DNA of 64,000 nucleotides. It comes from Deferribacterales bacterium. Lineage in GTDB: Bacteria > Chrysiogenota > Deferribacteres > Deferribacterales > Geovibrionaceae. Positions 28,968 to 41,810 of the stretch are shown here, in pieces. The notes below the pieces were generated by a model that was given only the letters and a program-made list of their open reading frames with translations, had not been told where the DNA came from and did no database searches. The translations under genes were made by a program, and so were the position numbers. The DNA is taken from NCBI GenBank assembly GCA_050253335.1, contig JBFWJG010000002.1, positions 24,269-88,268 of the forward strand, given 5' to 3'. Each line of letters opens with the position of its first letter. Positions within the stretch are counted from its first letter, which is position 1.

Positions 28968-29471
28968 TTATCTCTCGTCATCGTATTTTATTATCTCACC
29001 GTACTGGTAAAGGGGGAACACAGTGGAAATTGCGCTTTTGTAGAGAAGCTGCTGCCTGCCTTCAAAGGATGTGAGTATTGTGTAGTTGTCAAACCCTATG
29101 AGGGAGCCTCTTATCTTAACACCGTTGGTGAGAAAGCTTATAATAGGTGATTTGGATTTGCGCACTTCGTTCAGGAAAATATCCTGCATAGGCGGACGGG
29201 TGTGCCTCGGGTGCTTGCCCTGATGGGTGTGGTAGTAAATTTTGCTGATGAAGTCGATGTCCACAACCGTCTTGGCGGAAGCGACAGTCGCAATATCCCT
29301 CTTAGAAAGCAGAATCTTAATATCAGCATCGTCTATGATGAAGTGATACTGGTCGAAATCCACAATCTTTCCCCTGAAGCGTTCCTTGTTGCGCATAATG
29401 AACATCAAGGGAACGTTCTTATTCCTCGCATTGTGCATGAACACAAATTCAATCTGGGCATAAATAGACAT
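28968..29471 (-). CDS. hfq: Tandem two-domain Hfq-like (Sm) RNA chaperone
   Basis: C-domain QDIFLNEVRK...FLTNGVKIRG....FDNYTILT...QQLLYKSAISTVFP; N-domain is a degenerate copy (F..FDQY...ILLSKRDIATV). Confidence 0.85.
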   Translation of the reverse strand: MSIYAQIEFVFMHNARNKNVPLMFIMRNKERFRGKIVDFDQYHFIIDDADIKILLSKRDIATVASAKTVVDIDFISKIYYHTHQGKHPRHTRPPMQDIFLNEVRKSKSPIISFLTNGVKIRGSLIGFDNYTILTSFEGRQQLLYKSAISTVFPLYQYGEIIKYDDER

Positions 29472-29803
29472 TTTCCCTGCCTTCTAAACTCAAAGAGTAA
29501 TAATATATCCCGTTTTCGGGCTTTAACGTAAATATACCAACACAAATCAATAATGTCAAAAATGTGTTGAACATGCGTGATCTGCTTGGGAATAATCATA
29601 TAGATATAAACATTAGACGGATATTTCAACAATAATAATTCATTTTACTGTATAATGTGTAAAAATGATCAGTGGTTTACAACATAAGTTTTCAACACCG
29701 AAAACCTTAACAGACAAGACTAAATATCACTTGTAAACAGTTTCAAGATACCCTATTATTACTTACTATTAAAATTACATTAATATATAAAGCAGGGGAG
29801 TCC
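29472..29803. other. Putative replication origin (oriC)
   Basis: AT-rich gap upstream of dnaN; TGTGTAAAA 29656 (matches TTWTNCACA on minus), TTTTCAACA 29689, TTGTAAACA 29731, then CCCTATTATTACTTACTATTA trio-like tract; gene orientation switches here. Confidence 0.7.
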
Positions 29804-30910
29804 ATGAGGTTTAAAGTTGTCAGGGACGATATTTTCCCTTTCGTCCAGTATGCAAACAGCTACACCAGCCCGAAGAACCTGAATACGGTGCTTCAGAACA
29901 TTCTGATCGAAGCCGAAAGCGATACGGTAACCCTTCGTTCAACAAACATGCAGATCGGTTTTTCCGGCTCGCTCAAAGCAGCGGTTGAGGAGATCGGCTC
30001 CGCCACCGTCTCAGGCAAAAAACTGATGGATATCCTCAAGGAGCTTCCCGAAGGCGCCGTTATCGATTTTTATCATGACGGTTCCAAGCTCAACATAAAA
30101 TCGGGCAAGTCAAGCTTCCGGCTTTCCACCATAAGCCCTGAGATGTTCCCCACAATGTCCGAGATAACTCCGGAATACTTCATCAAGGTGAAGAGCGAGA
30201 CTCTGCAGACCCTTCTCAAAAGAACGGCCTTCTGCATCTCAAACGATTCATCCAAGATAGAATACACGGGAGCACATTTCAGTGTTTACGGCAACAGGCT
30301 TGAGATTTCCTCCGCAGATTTCCAGAGGATAGCAACATCAAAGGCAGGATTCGAAGAGGAATTTTCCGACGAGTTCACCATAAACATCCCTAAAAAGACG
30401 ATTATGGAGCTCATGAAGATCCTTGATATAAGCGAGTTTGTAGATGTCGAGACTGACAAAAAACAGGTTCTCTTCAAAGTAGGCGATATTATCATCTACT
30501 CAAAGCTGATTGAGAAATACATCAAGAGCATTACAAAGCTTTTCGAGATTGAATATCCGATTAAGGCGAAGATAAACACCAAGGCATTCGCCGAGGTTGT
30601 GAGAAGAGTTTCCGCCATAACCAGCGAGATAACCCACGGTGTCGTTCTCTCCTTCAACAACGGACATCTCTCCGTAAACAGCCTTGAAACCGAATACGGT
30701 CAGGGTCATGAAACCATGGACGACATAATCTACAACGGTGAGGACATGGACATTATCTTTAATGCCCGTCACATGCTTGAGATAGTCACAAACATACATT
30801 CCGAGTATTTCTCCCTTGAAATGCAGGGAAGAAGAAGCCCGGCCGTTATCCTCCCAGAGGATGAGTCATACAAATATCTGGTGGTTCCCATATCCATCGA
30901 TAAGTTCTGA
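29804..30910 (+). CDS. dnaN: DNA polymerase III beta sliding clamp
   Basis: 368 aa three-domain clamp pattern, YLVVPI C-terminus, followed by recF-gyrB-gyrA. Confidence 0.93.
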   Translation: MRFKVVRDDIFPFVQYANSYTSPKNLNTVLQNILIEAESDTVTLRSTNMQIGFSGSLKAAVEEIGSATVSGKKLMDILKELPEGAVIDFYHDGSKLNIKSGKSSFRLSTISPEMFPTMSEITPEYFIKVKSETLQTLLKRTAFCISNDSSKIEYTGAHFSVYGNRLEISSADFQRIATSKAGFEEEFSDEFTINIPKKTIMELMKILDISEFVDVETDKKQVLFKVGDIIIYSKLIEKYIKSITKLFEIEYPIKAKINTKAFAEVVRRVSAITSEITHGVVLSFNNGHLSVNSLETEYGQGHETMDDIIYNGEDMDIIFNARHMLEIVTNIHSEYFSLEMQGRRSPAVILPEDESYKYLVVPISIDKF

Positions 30911-31917
30911 TGCTGATAGAGAGTATCCGTTTACAGAATTTCAGGTGCCATGCCGACTCAAAATTCACTTTTGACAAGGCGACATTCATAGAGGGCGAAA
31001 ACGGCTCCGGCAAAACAAGCATTGTCGAAGCCGTTTATCTTCTCCTCAACCTCAAAAGCTTCAAGGAACCGTCACCCAAAAGCGTAACCACCTTCGGCAG
31101 TGAATTTCTGCGTGTGGAGGCCGGTTATTCCTCGGCTGAGGAATCGGGCAGCATAATCTATTTTTTTGACGAGGCAAGGACACTGAAAAAAAATGGTGTC
31201 TGTGTTCTGGATATTCCTGATTATCTCACCTCGAATCCGGTCTTCTGCTACTCGCCCGATACAAGCACTATCCTTGCGAAGGACCAGAAGATAAGGCGGA
31301 ACTACATTGACCGCCTCTGCTTCTACCGCGAGAGGGCCCATATTTTCGACCTCAGGTACATGAACAGGCTCGTTGCCCAGAAAACCGCTGAGCTCCAGAA
31401 ACAGAGACCGGATAAAAACTACATCGAAACCGTTAATGAAAAACTCATTGAAGTCTGTGATAAAATATCTCTGAGACGTAAAGCCGCAGCGGACATGATA
31501 AACGCGAACCTCAGGACAATGTATGCAGATTTCGGCGGCGGGGATGAATTTTTCAGCCTTGATTATGTCACTAACGTTAAGGACAGGGAGATAATCGGCA
31601 AAGAGCTGTCCTCGGGCAAATGTCTTTACGGTGTGCACAGGGACAGATTTTACAGCAGGAACACAGGGCGCATTTATGATAAATTTTCATCTTACGGTCA
31701 GAAAAAAACATTTGAGCTTCTTGTTTTAGCGGCAATTTTATTAGATGTTGAAGAAATGCTCAAAACTGATATAATAACCCTTTTAGATGATTTCGAAGCA
31801 GGATTGGATGAAAAACGCTCGGCTGCCTTCTTTTCCATTTTCTCAGGCGAAAGGCAGGTCATTATGACAGGGGTAAAAAACCGTATATTTGATGATATAC
31901 GAACAATAAGGCTGTGA
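30910..31917 (+). CDS. recF: DNA replication/repair protein RecF
   Basis: LQNFRC, GENGSGKT, GVHRD, SYGQKK, LLDD. Confidence 0.9.
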   Translation: MLIESIRLQNFRCHADSKFTFDKATFIEGENGSGKTSIVEAVYLLLNLKSFKEPSPKSVTTFGSEFLRVEAGYSSAEESGSIIYFFDEARTLKKNGVCVLDIPDYLTSNPVFCYSPDTSTILAKDQKIRRNYIDRLCFYRERAHIFDLRYMNRLVAQKTAELQKQRPDKNYIETVNEKLIEVCDKISLRRKAAADMINANLRTMYADFGGGDEFFSLDYVTNVKDREIIGKELSSGKCLYGVHRDRFYSRNTGRIYDKFSSYGQKKTFELLVLAAILLDVEEMLKTDIITLLDDFEAGLDEKRSAAFFSIFSGERQVIMTGVKNRIFDDIRTIRL

Positions 31918-32011
31918 CCTGAAGTCGCACGCCTTTTGATACATTGCGGGCAATGCGCCCGTTTTTTGCGGTTTGTTGCCGCAGGTTTTTTTGAAATAAA
32001 TAGTCAGGTGA

Positions 32012-34381
<2,370 letters not shown>

Positions 34382-34385
34382 GTGA

Positions 34386-36815
34386 ATGATGGAAAATAAA
34401 GGAATTATCAATCTTAATATTGAAGACTCCCTCAAGGACAGCTATCTCGACTACGCCATGAGCGTTATTGTCGGCCGTGCGCTGCCCGATGTCAGGGACG
34501 GTCTGAAACCCGTTCACAGACGCGCCCTTTTCGCCATGCACGAAATGGGGGTTTACTATAATAAGCCCTATAAAAAATCAGCCCGTATCGTGGGTGATGT
34601 TATAGGTAAGTACCACCCCCACGGTGACTCCGCTGTTTATGACACTGTTGTCCGCATGGCGCAGGATTTCTCGCTCCGCTACCCCCTTGTGGACGGTCAG
34701 GGTAACTTCGGCTCCATAGACGGTGACCGCGCGGCGGCAATGAGGTATACCGAGGTAAGGCTCTCCAAGATAAGCGATGAATTCGTCAGCGATCTCGACA
34801 AGGACACTGTTGATTTCACAGACAACTATGACGGCTCAATGCAGGAACCCACTGTTTTCCCCACGAGGATCCCCAACCTCCTTGTGAACGGAACAAGCGG
34901 TATCGCGGTGGGCATGGCGACCAATATTCCGCCCCACAACCTCACTGAGGCCGTGGACGCGCTTATGCTCATGATAGACAACCCCGATTACACCGAGGAA
35001 GATATTTTCTCCGTGATAAAAGGACCCGACTTCCCCACCGCAGGAATGATCCTCGGCAGGGAGGACATATATAAGGCTTACAGAACAGGCAGAGGCTCCA
35101 TAACAATTAGAGCCAAAACCCACATAGAAGAAACCAAGACCGGCAAAGAGGTAATCGTTGTCGATGAACTGCCCTATCAGGTGAACAAGGCTCTTCTCAT
35201 TGAGAAGATAGCCGAGCTTGTGCGTGATAAAATTGTAACGGGAATTTCCGATCTCCGTGATGAATCCGACCGTGACGGAATCCGTGTGGTTATCGAGCTC
35301 AAGCGCGAGCAAATGCCCGATGTTCTCCTGAACCAGCTTTATAAATTCACTCAGATGCAGACCACCTTCGGCATGAACATGGTTGCGATTGTTGACGGCA
35401 GACCCCAGACGCTCACCCTGCGTAAAATACTTGAGGCGTTCATTGAGCACAGGGTCACCGTTGTTACCCGCAGAACCCGTTATCTTCTTGATAAGGCTGA
35501 AAAACGCCTCCATATTCTGGAAGGTCTCATAAAGGCTGTGGAAAATATTGATGAAGTGATCAGGCTGATCAAAACATCAAAAGACACACCTGAAGCCAAA
35601 ATGAAGCTGAAGGAAGCCTTCAGCTTCAGCGATGTTCAGAGCCAGGCTATTCTCGAAATGAGGCTGAGCAAACTCACAGGCCTTGAGATCGAGAAGCTTC
35701 AGGGCGAATATGAAGACACGCTGAAAGACATAGAATACTACAAAAGCATCCTCGGCAACAGAGGCGTCATGATGGGCGTTATCCGTGACGAGCTTACTGA
35801 AATAAAAGACAAATACGCTGACGAAAGAAGAACCGAAATAGTGGCCGCCGCAGGCGAGTTCAACATGGAAGACCTGATCCCCGACAGCGAGACAGTGGTC
35901 ACCATCACTCACAACGGCTACATAAAACGTACGCTTCTTGACAACTTCGTGGCGCAGAAGCGCGGCGGAAAAGGCAAAAGCGGAGCCAAAAGCAAAGGGG
36001 ACGACTTCGCTGAAAGGATGCTTGTCACCACTAACCACGCCAAGGTATTCTTCTTCACAAACACAGGAAAAATCCACTTCCTCAAGGTGTACGACATACC
36101 CGAAAGCGCAAGGGATACAAAAGGCAGACATCTCAGCAACCTGCTCACCTTTGAGAAGGATGAAAACCTCGCCTCCGTTGTCACTCTCAGTGAGGCGGAC
36201 AACGATAAATACCTTTTCATGTCCACCAAGCACGGCGTTGTTAAGAAAACCCCCGTTATGGACTTTAAAAGCGGCAGAAGCGGCATGATAGCTCTCAAGC
36301 TCCGTGAAGGGGACGAGATTATGGCAGCAGATGTCACCACCGATAATGACAGTATTTTCCTTGCCACCAGAAACGGCAAAACCATACAGTTCAGCTCGCT
36401 CGATGTACGCGCAATGGGCAGAGCGGCGACAGGCGTCAGAGGAATTACCCTTGAGGATGAGGATGAAGTGGTTTCCATGGAAGTTCTCACAGGCCACCCC
36501 TATATACTTAACGTAACCGAATACGGCTACGGCAAATGCTCTCTGGTTGCGGACTACAGGCTCCAGACCAGAGGCGGCAAAGGGGTTAAGCTCTGCAAGG
36601 TCAGCCCCAAAACAGGCCTTGTCTGCGGTGCGAAACAGGTTAACGAAGAGGATGATGTTATGCTGATTACCAAAGGCGGCAAAATAATCAGGCTCTCCGT
36701 TAAGGAAATCCCCGTTATGGGCAGGGACACTCAGGGCGTTAAGCTTATGTCCACGGACGAGGACAGGATAATCTCCTTTGCCATAGTCAAAGAGGACGAT
36801 GCAGAGGAAGAATAG
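34386..36815 (+). CDS. gyrA: DNA gyrase subunit A
   Basis: [16 protein letters not shown], GyrA box QKRGGKG. Confidence 0.99.
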   Translation: MMENKGIINLNIEDSLKDSYLDYAMSVIVGRALPDVRDGLKPVHRRALFAMHEMGVYYNKPYKKSARIVGDVIGKYHPHGDSAVYDTVVRMAQDFSLRYPLVDGQGNFGSIDGDRAAAMRYTEVRLSKISDEFVSDLDKDTVDFTDNYDGSMQEPTVFPTRIPNLLVNGTSGIAVGMATNIPPHNLTEAVDALMLMIDNPDYTEEDIFSVIKGPDFPTAGMILGREDIYKAYRTGRGSITIRAKTHIEETKTGKEVIVVDELPYQVNKALLIEKIAELVRDKIVTGISDLRDESDRDGIRVVIELKREQMPDVLLNQLYKFTQMQTTFGMNMVAIVDGRPQTLTLRKILEAFIEHRVTVVTRRTRYLLDKAEKRLHILEGLIKAVENIDEVIRLIKTSKDTPEAKMKLKEAFSFSDVQSQAILEMRLSKLTGLEIEKLQGEYEDTLKDIEYYKSILGNRGVMMGVIRDELTEIKDKYADERRTEIVAAAGEFNMEDLIPDSETVVTITHNGYIKRTLLDNFVAQKRGGKGKSGAKSKGDDFAERMLVTTNHAKVFFFTNTGKIHFLKVYDIPESARDTKGRHLSNLLTFEKDENLASVVTLSEADNDKYLFMSTKHGVVKKTPVMDFKSGRSGMIALKLREGDEIMAADVTTDNDSIFLATRNGKTIQFSSLDVRAMGRAATGVRGITLEDEDEVVSMEVLTGHPYILNVTEYGYGKCSLVADYRLQTRGGKGVKLCKVSPKTGLVCGAKQVNEEDDVMLITKGGKIIRLSVKEIPVMGRDTQGVKLMSTDEDRIISFAIVKEDDAEEE

Positions 36816-36882
36816 TTGTAATGCGGGCGGCAGGCTTCTGCCCCCTGCGAATCTTACTCTAAAAACGTAAGGAGTTAATATA

Positions 36883-37728
36883 ATGCCGACTAAGATTGAC
36901 GGAAAAGAACTGGCACAGAAGATCAGAAACGGCCTGAGAGAGAAAGCCGCAGAGTACAAAGACAAAACCGGACGTGTGCCCGGTCTTGCCGTTATCCTTG
37001 TGGGTGAGGACCCTGCAAGTCAGGTTTATGTCCGCATGAAGAACAAAGCCTGTGAGGAAGCGGGTTTTAAATCCATAGTGGACAGGATGCCCGATACCAC
37101 TTCCACGGAAGAACTTCTTGCAAGGGTTGAGCAGTACAACAACGATGCCTCAATAAACGGCATACTTGTTCAGCTTCCTCTGCCTAAGCAGATAGACGAG
37201 AAGAAAGTTCTGTACGCCATCAGGCCGGAGAAAGATGTTGACGGCTTCCATCCCGTTAATGTCGGTCTTCTTAACATAGGCGAAGATGCCCTTGCTCCCT
37301 GCACTCCTGCGGGTGTTATGGTTATGTTCGAGGAATACGGCATAGAGCTCAGCGGCAAGAACGTTGCGGTTCTCGGCAGAAGCAACATAGTGGGCAAGCC
37401 TATGGCGGCTCTGCTTATAAAGGCTAACGCCACCGTAACCGTGTGCCACTCACGCACAAAAAATATAAAAGATATCTGCCGCAAGTCAGACATAATAGTG
37501 GCTGCTATCGGCAAGGCAAACTTTGTCACTGCTGATATGGTAAGCGACGGTGCGGTCATAATAGACGTGGGCATAAACAGGATAGAGGACAAGCTTGTGG
37601 GCGATGTGGACTATGACGCTGTTTACAGCAAGGCTTCATACATCACCCCCGTGCCCGGCGGAGTCGGCCCTATGACAATTGCCATGCTTCTCAGCAACAC
37701 ACTGAAAGCGTTCGAGAAAACACTCTAA
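36883..37728 (+). CDS. folD: Methylenetetrahydrofolate dehydrogenase/cyclohydrolase
   Basis: KDVDGFHP, PCTP, GRSNIVGKP, TPVPGGVGPMT. Confidence 0.98.
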   Translation: MPTKIDGKELAQKIRNGLREKAAEYKDKTGRVPGLAVILVGEDPASQVYVRMKNKACEEAGFKSIVDRMPDTTSTEELLARVEQYNNDASINGILVQLPLPKQIDEKKVLYAIRPEKDVDGFHPVNVGLLNIGEDALAPCTPAGVMVMFEEYGIELSGKNVAVLGRSNIVGKPMAALLIKANATVTVCHSRTKNIKDICRKSDIIVAAIGKANFVTADMVSDGAVIIDVGINRIEDKLVGDVDYDAVYSKASYITPVPGGVGPMTIAMLLSNTLKAFEKTL

Positions 37729-37743
37729 TACGGTATATGCGGA

Positions 37744-39072
37744 ATGGATACGATAGTTGCACCTATAACTCCCGTCATCCGTTCCGCCGTAACTCTTCTG
37801 CGCATTTCCGGCGCTGACAGCCTCAGGGCTCTGGCGTTCCTTAAAAAGCAGGGCGGCGGCGCTTTCTCCTCTTTGGAACCCCGCATGGTTTACCACGCGC
37901 TGTATGATGACGGCAGTGTGCGGGACGATGTTGTCTTCTGGTATTTCAAATCCCCAAACTCATATACAGGCGAAGATGTTCTGGAAATATCCTTCCACGG
38001 CAATCCGCTGATAGTCAGAAGCGCAATAAGCGCCTTTCTCTCACTGGGAATGCGATTTGCTGAACCCGGCGAGTTTACCCGCAGGGCATTCATAAACGGC
38101 AAAATGGATCTTTCGCAGGCCGAGGCGGTGGAGGAGATGATCTCCGCCAAGTCAGAGGCCGGACTGTTCTATTCATACAACCAGCTCAGGGGAGGTCTGA
38201 AAACACAGATTCAGAGCCTGAAATCTTTGTATGTGGATGTGCTTACGGTTGTTGAGGCGTATATCGACTTTCCGGAGGAAGATCTCTCAGACAGGGAACT
38301 GCACTATATAACAACAAAATATGATCAGATAGAAGCAGAGCTCAGAGAGCTTGTGAAAAACTATTCAACGCTGAAATCAGTGAACGATGCAGTGTATGTT
38401 TCCATTGCCGGACGTCCTAATGTAGGCAAATCGTCCATCCTCAACTGTATGCTGAAGGAGAACAGGGCTATTGTCTCAGATGTTCCCGGAACAACGAGAG
38501 ACTTCATAGACGCAGACATGACCTTGGCAGGCCACCCCGTTAAGATTGTGGACACCGCAGGAATCCGCCACACGGATGACTTTGTGGAGAAAGCAGGGAT
38601 AGAGCGTTCCCTTGAGCGGGTTGAAAGCTCGCATATAGTCATAGCCGTTGTAGATCTTTCTGAAACGCTCACAGCGGAGGACATGCTTGTCCTTGAAAAA
38701 ACAAAAGACGCAAAACGGATAATAGTAGGAAATAAGGCAGATGTGAAAAAACATGACCATGGTGCTGATGTTGAAATATCCGTGAAAACAGGAGAAAATA
38801 TTCATGAGTTTATGAATCTTCTTGAAAGCCTCGTTTCTCAGGAAGACTCACAGATTCATGAGCACGCCATAGCTGTTAACGAAAGACAGAAGAACGGTTT
38901 TCAGCGTATGCTTGCCTCCCTTGAGGAGATAAGGGTAATGGGGTGCGGCGACCTTGACGCACTTTCGTTTGAACTGCGTGACAGTCTGAATGTACTCTCT
39001 GAAATAACCGGAGAGACTTACACCGAAGAAATATTATCAAACATCTTCAACAGCTTCTGCATCGGTAAATGA
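37744..39072 (+). CDS. mnmE: tRNA modification GTPase MnmE
   Basis: SYTGED, GEFTRRAF, GRPNVGKSS, DTAG, FCIGK. Confidence 0.97.
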   Translation: MDTIVAPITPVIRSAVTLLRISGADSLRALAFLKKQGGGAFSSLEPRMVYHALYDDGSVRDDVVFWYFKSPNSYTGEDVLEISFHGNPLIVRSAISAFLSLGMRFAEPGEFTRRAFINGKMDLSQAEAVEEMISAKSEAGLFYSYNQLRGGLKTQIQSLKSLYVDVLTVVEAYIDFPEEDLSDRELHYITTKYDQIEAELRELVKNYSTLKSVNDAVYVSIAGRPNVGKSSILNCMLKENRAIVSDVPGTTRDFIDADMTLAGHPVKIVDTAGIRHTDDFVEKAGIERSLERVESSHIVIAVVDLSETLTAEDMLVLEKTKDAKRIIVGNKADVKKHDHGADVEISVKTGENIHEFMNLLESLVSQEDSQIHEHAIAVNERQKNGFQRMLASLEEIRVMGCGDLDALSFELRDSLNVLSEITGETYTEEILSNIFNSFCIGK

Positions 39073-39096
39073 TGTGCAGTTGTGGAAAATTCAGGC

Positions 39097-39112
39097 TGTT
39101 TCACGTGAAACA
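39097..39112. promoter_or_regulatory. parS site (perfect palindrome)
   Basis: TGTTTCACGTGAAACA; DnaA-box match TGTGGAAAA at 39081-39089 beside it. Confidence 0.9.
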
Positions 39113-39292
39113 AATATATTATTAGTGTGAGTTCTGAAAGGTTTGGGGAGATTGTTTCTGAATGTTTCCCCGCCTGAATATAATATTAGTTGGTGCATCT
39201 TCTCATCAATGTATGAAGATGCTCCTGAATCCCTTCCTAAGAAAGCATGAAGATAATGTTTCTGAAGAAGGCAATAAGCAAACAGGTGAGAA

Positions 39293-41176
39293 ATGCTTGT
39301 TTATGACAAGTTTTATGATGTGATTGTGGTTGGCGCCGGACATGCCGGCTGTGAGGCAGCGCTTGCCTCAGCCCGTATGGGTGCGTCAACGGCGCTTTTT
39401 ACCATTAATGCGGACAATGTTGCGCATATGAGCTGCAACCCTGCTATCGGAGGTCTTGCTAAAGGAAATATCGTTAAGGATATTGACGCTCTTGGCGGTG
39501 AGATGGGGCGTAATATAGACGAAACAGGAATTCAGTTCCGTGTCCTGAATATGAAGAAAGGCCCCGCGGTGCGCAGCAGCAGGGCGCAGGCTGATAAAGA
39601 TCTTTATAAACAGCGGATGCAGCGTGTAATAATGGAGCAGCCCGGGCTTGATCTGAAGCAGGCAATGGTTGAAGGATTGTCCATAGAAGACGGGGAAATC
39701 AGGGGGATCATAGCAGATACCGGAATGCTTTACCGGGCTAAGAAGGTTGTCCTCTGCACCGGAACCTTCCTAAAAGGGCTTATCCACATCGGTGACTGTA
39801 ATTACCTCGCAGGACGAATGAACGAATTTGCATCTGTCGGCATGTCTGACTCGCTCACAAGAGCAGGCTTTAAGCTTGAAAGGCTTAAAACCGGCACACC
39901 CGCCAGACTTGATGTAAACACCATAGACTTTTCAAAGCTTGACGCCCAGCATGGCGATGACTTTGCCAAGCCGTTCTCATTTGAGACTGAAGAGATAACT
40001 CTGCCTCAGCTTCCCTGCTATGTCACTTATACAAATGAAAAGACTCATCAGATTATCAGAGACAATCTTCACCGATCACCGCTTTACGGCGGGGTGATAA
40101 AGGGTATAGGGCCCAGATACTGCCCTTCCATAGAGGACAAGGTTAAGAAGTTTCCCGAAAAGACCAGACACCAGATTTTTCTTGAGCCGGAAGGGCTTAA
40201 CTCAAGGGAATATTACGCCAACGGATTTTCATCCTCTCTCCCCATAGATGTACAGATAGCTATGTACAGGTCTGTTGAGGGGCTGGAGAATGTTGAATTT
40301 GTCCGTCCGGCTTATGCTATTGAGTATGATTTTGTTCAGCCTACAGGCCTTTTCGCCACAATGGAGACCAAGCTTGTAAAAGGGCTTTACTTCGCTGGAC
40401 AGCTTAACGGAACCAGCGGATATGAAGAAGCCGCGGCACAGGGGCTGATCGCCGGAATAAATGCCGCACTTGCGCTGAAAGGGAGCGAACCGTTTATAGT
40501 CGGGCGTGAACAGAGCTACATAGGCGTAATGATTGATGATCTGGTGAATAAGGGTGTTGATGAGCCTTACCGCATGTTTACCTCAAGGGCGGAGTACAGG
40601 CTCCAGCTTCGTGAGGATAACGCTGAGTACAGGCTCACTGACAAAGGCTATGAATTGGGATTGATCAGCAAAACCCGTTATGAGCGCTTCTGTGCTGAAA
40701 GGATTGCGAAAGAGGAAGAACTCACACGCCTGAAAACCATCAGGATCACTCCAACACTAGAGGTGCTTAATATCCTTGCCGAATACGGAGGGGTGCTGAA
40801 AAACCCTGTGAGTGCATTCGAACTTCTGAAAAGACCGGAGTTTGACTATTCGACCATTGAGAAACTGTGCGGAAGCACAGTGAATGAGCGTGTGCGTGAG
40901 CAGGTTGAGATAAACGCCAAGTACGAGGGATATATCCAGCGGCAGGAAACAGAGATAGAAAAGTTCCGCAAAACGGAATCGGTCAAAATTCCCGAAGTGA
41001 TAGACTATTCTTCAATAATAGGTCTCCGCAGGGAATACATAGATAAGCTCAATGCCATCCGCCCCGCAACACTGGGTCAGGCGGCGAGGATTCAGGGGAT
41101 GACGCCGGCCGCGGTTGCCCTCCTTCATGTGCATATCAGTAAAATCAGGAACAGCGGCGGAAATGATGCTGAATAA
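39293..41176 (+). CDS. mnmG: tRNA uridine-5-carboxymethylaminomethyl synthesis enzyme MnmG
   Basis: GAGHAGCEAA, SCNPAIGG, GPRYCPSIEDK, EPYRMFTSRAEYRL. Confidence 0.99.
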   Translation: MLVYDKFYDVIVVGAGHAGCEAALASARMGASTALFTINADNVAHMSCNPAIGGLAKGNIVKDIDALGGEMGRNIDETGIQFRVLNMKKGPAVRSSRAQADKDLYKQRMQRVIMEQPGLDLKQAMVEGLSIEDGEIRGIIADTGMLYRAKKVVLCTGTFLKGLIHIGDCNYLAGRMNEFASVGMSDSLTRAGFKLERLKTGTPARLDVNTIDFSKLDAQHGDDFAKPFSFETEEITLPQLPCYVTYTNEKTHQIIRDNLHRSPLYGGVIKGIGPRYCPSIEDKVKKFPEKTRHQIFLEPEGLNSREYYANGFSSSLPIDVQIAMYRSVEGLENVEFVRPAYAIEYDFVQPTGLFATMETKLVKGLYFAGQLNGTSGYEEAAAQGLIAGINAALALKGSEPFIVGREQSYIGVMIDDLVNKGVDEPYRMFTSRAEYRLQLREDNAEYRLTDKGYELGLISKTRYERFCAERIAKEEELTRLKTIRITPTLEVLNILAEYGGVLKNPVSAFELLKRPEFDYSTIEKLCGSTVNERVREQVEINAKYEGYIQRQETEIEKFRKTESVKIPEVIDYSSIIGLRREYIDKLNAIRPATLGQAARIQGMTPAAVALLHVHISKIRNSGGNDAE

Positions 41177-41810
41177 TTATATAAATATTACAGATGAGCA
41201 GTCTGCAAAGCTGGAGAAATTCTATGAGCTTCATATGTCCGCAGGCCTCAACCTCACTGCTATAAAAGATAAAGATGAGTTTTACCTGAAACATTATCTG
41301 GATAGTGTCTACATCTTTTCACTGAAAAATGTTTTACGTGAAACAATGGCGGATATCGGCAGCGGGGGCGGGTTTCCGGGGATTGTGACTGCGGTTTTTT
41401 ATCCTGAAGTGAAGATAACCCTTGTGGAAAGCATAGCAAAAAAATGCAGATTTCTTGAACATGCGGCGGCGGAACTGGGTCTTGATAATATCACTGTCCT
41501 GAACTGCCGCGCAGAGGCCGTCAGGGGACAGTTCGACCTTATCACCGCAAGGGGTGTAGCCAAAGTGCGGGAAATCCTTAAATGGACTAAGAGCCTTGCC
41601 CGCAGGGATACTTTGTGGTTATTATACAAAGGTGAAAGGCTGGAAGAAGAGATGAAGCAGGCGGAAGATCTGCTTAAAAAATATAAACTGGGGTTTGAGA
41701 ATGTCAGGGTTGAAGAACCATTTACGAGGACTTACACTATTATTGGCAGCAGCGGCTGTTTTACTGACGGTGTCCTGCGCAGCCCGTCCGCAGGTGTCGG
41801 TTCCCGTTGA
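41163..41810 (+). CDS. rsmG: 16S rRNA m7G527 methyltransferase
   Basis: NLTAI, KHYLDS, DIGSGGGFPG, LYKG; downstream of mnmG. Confidence 0.95.
   Translation: MMLNNYINITDEQSAKLEKFYELHMSAGLNLTAIKDKDEFYLKHYLDSVYIFSLKNVLRETMADIGSGGGFPGIVTAVFYPEVKITLVESIAKKCRFLEHAAAELGLDNITVLNCRAEAVRGQFDLITARGVAKVREILKWTKSLARRDTLWLLYKGERLEEEMKQAEDLLKKYKLGFENVRVEEPFTRTYTIIGSSGCFTDGVLRSPSAGVGSR
41330..41345. promoter_or_regulatory. parS site (1 mismatch) inside rsmG
   Basis: TGTTTTACGTGAAACA. Confidence 0.7.

Noticed and set aside
30650..30665. ttcaacaacgg as a DGR template-repeat seed
   Set aside because: Lies inside dnaN; similarity to the DUF1566 variable region does not extend
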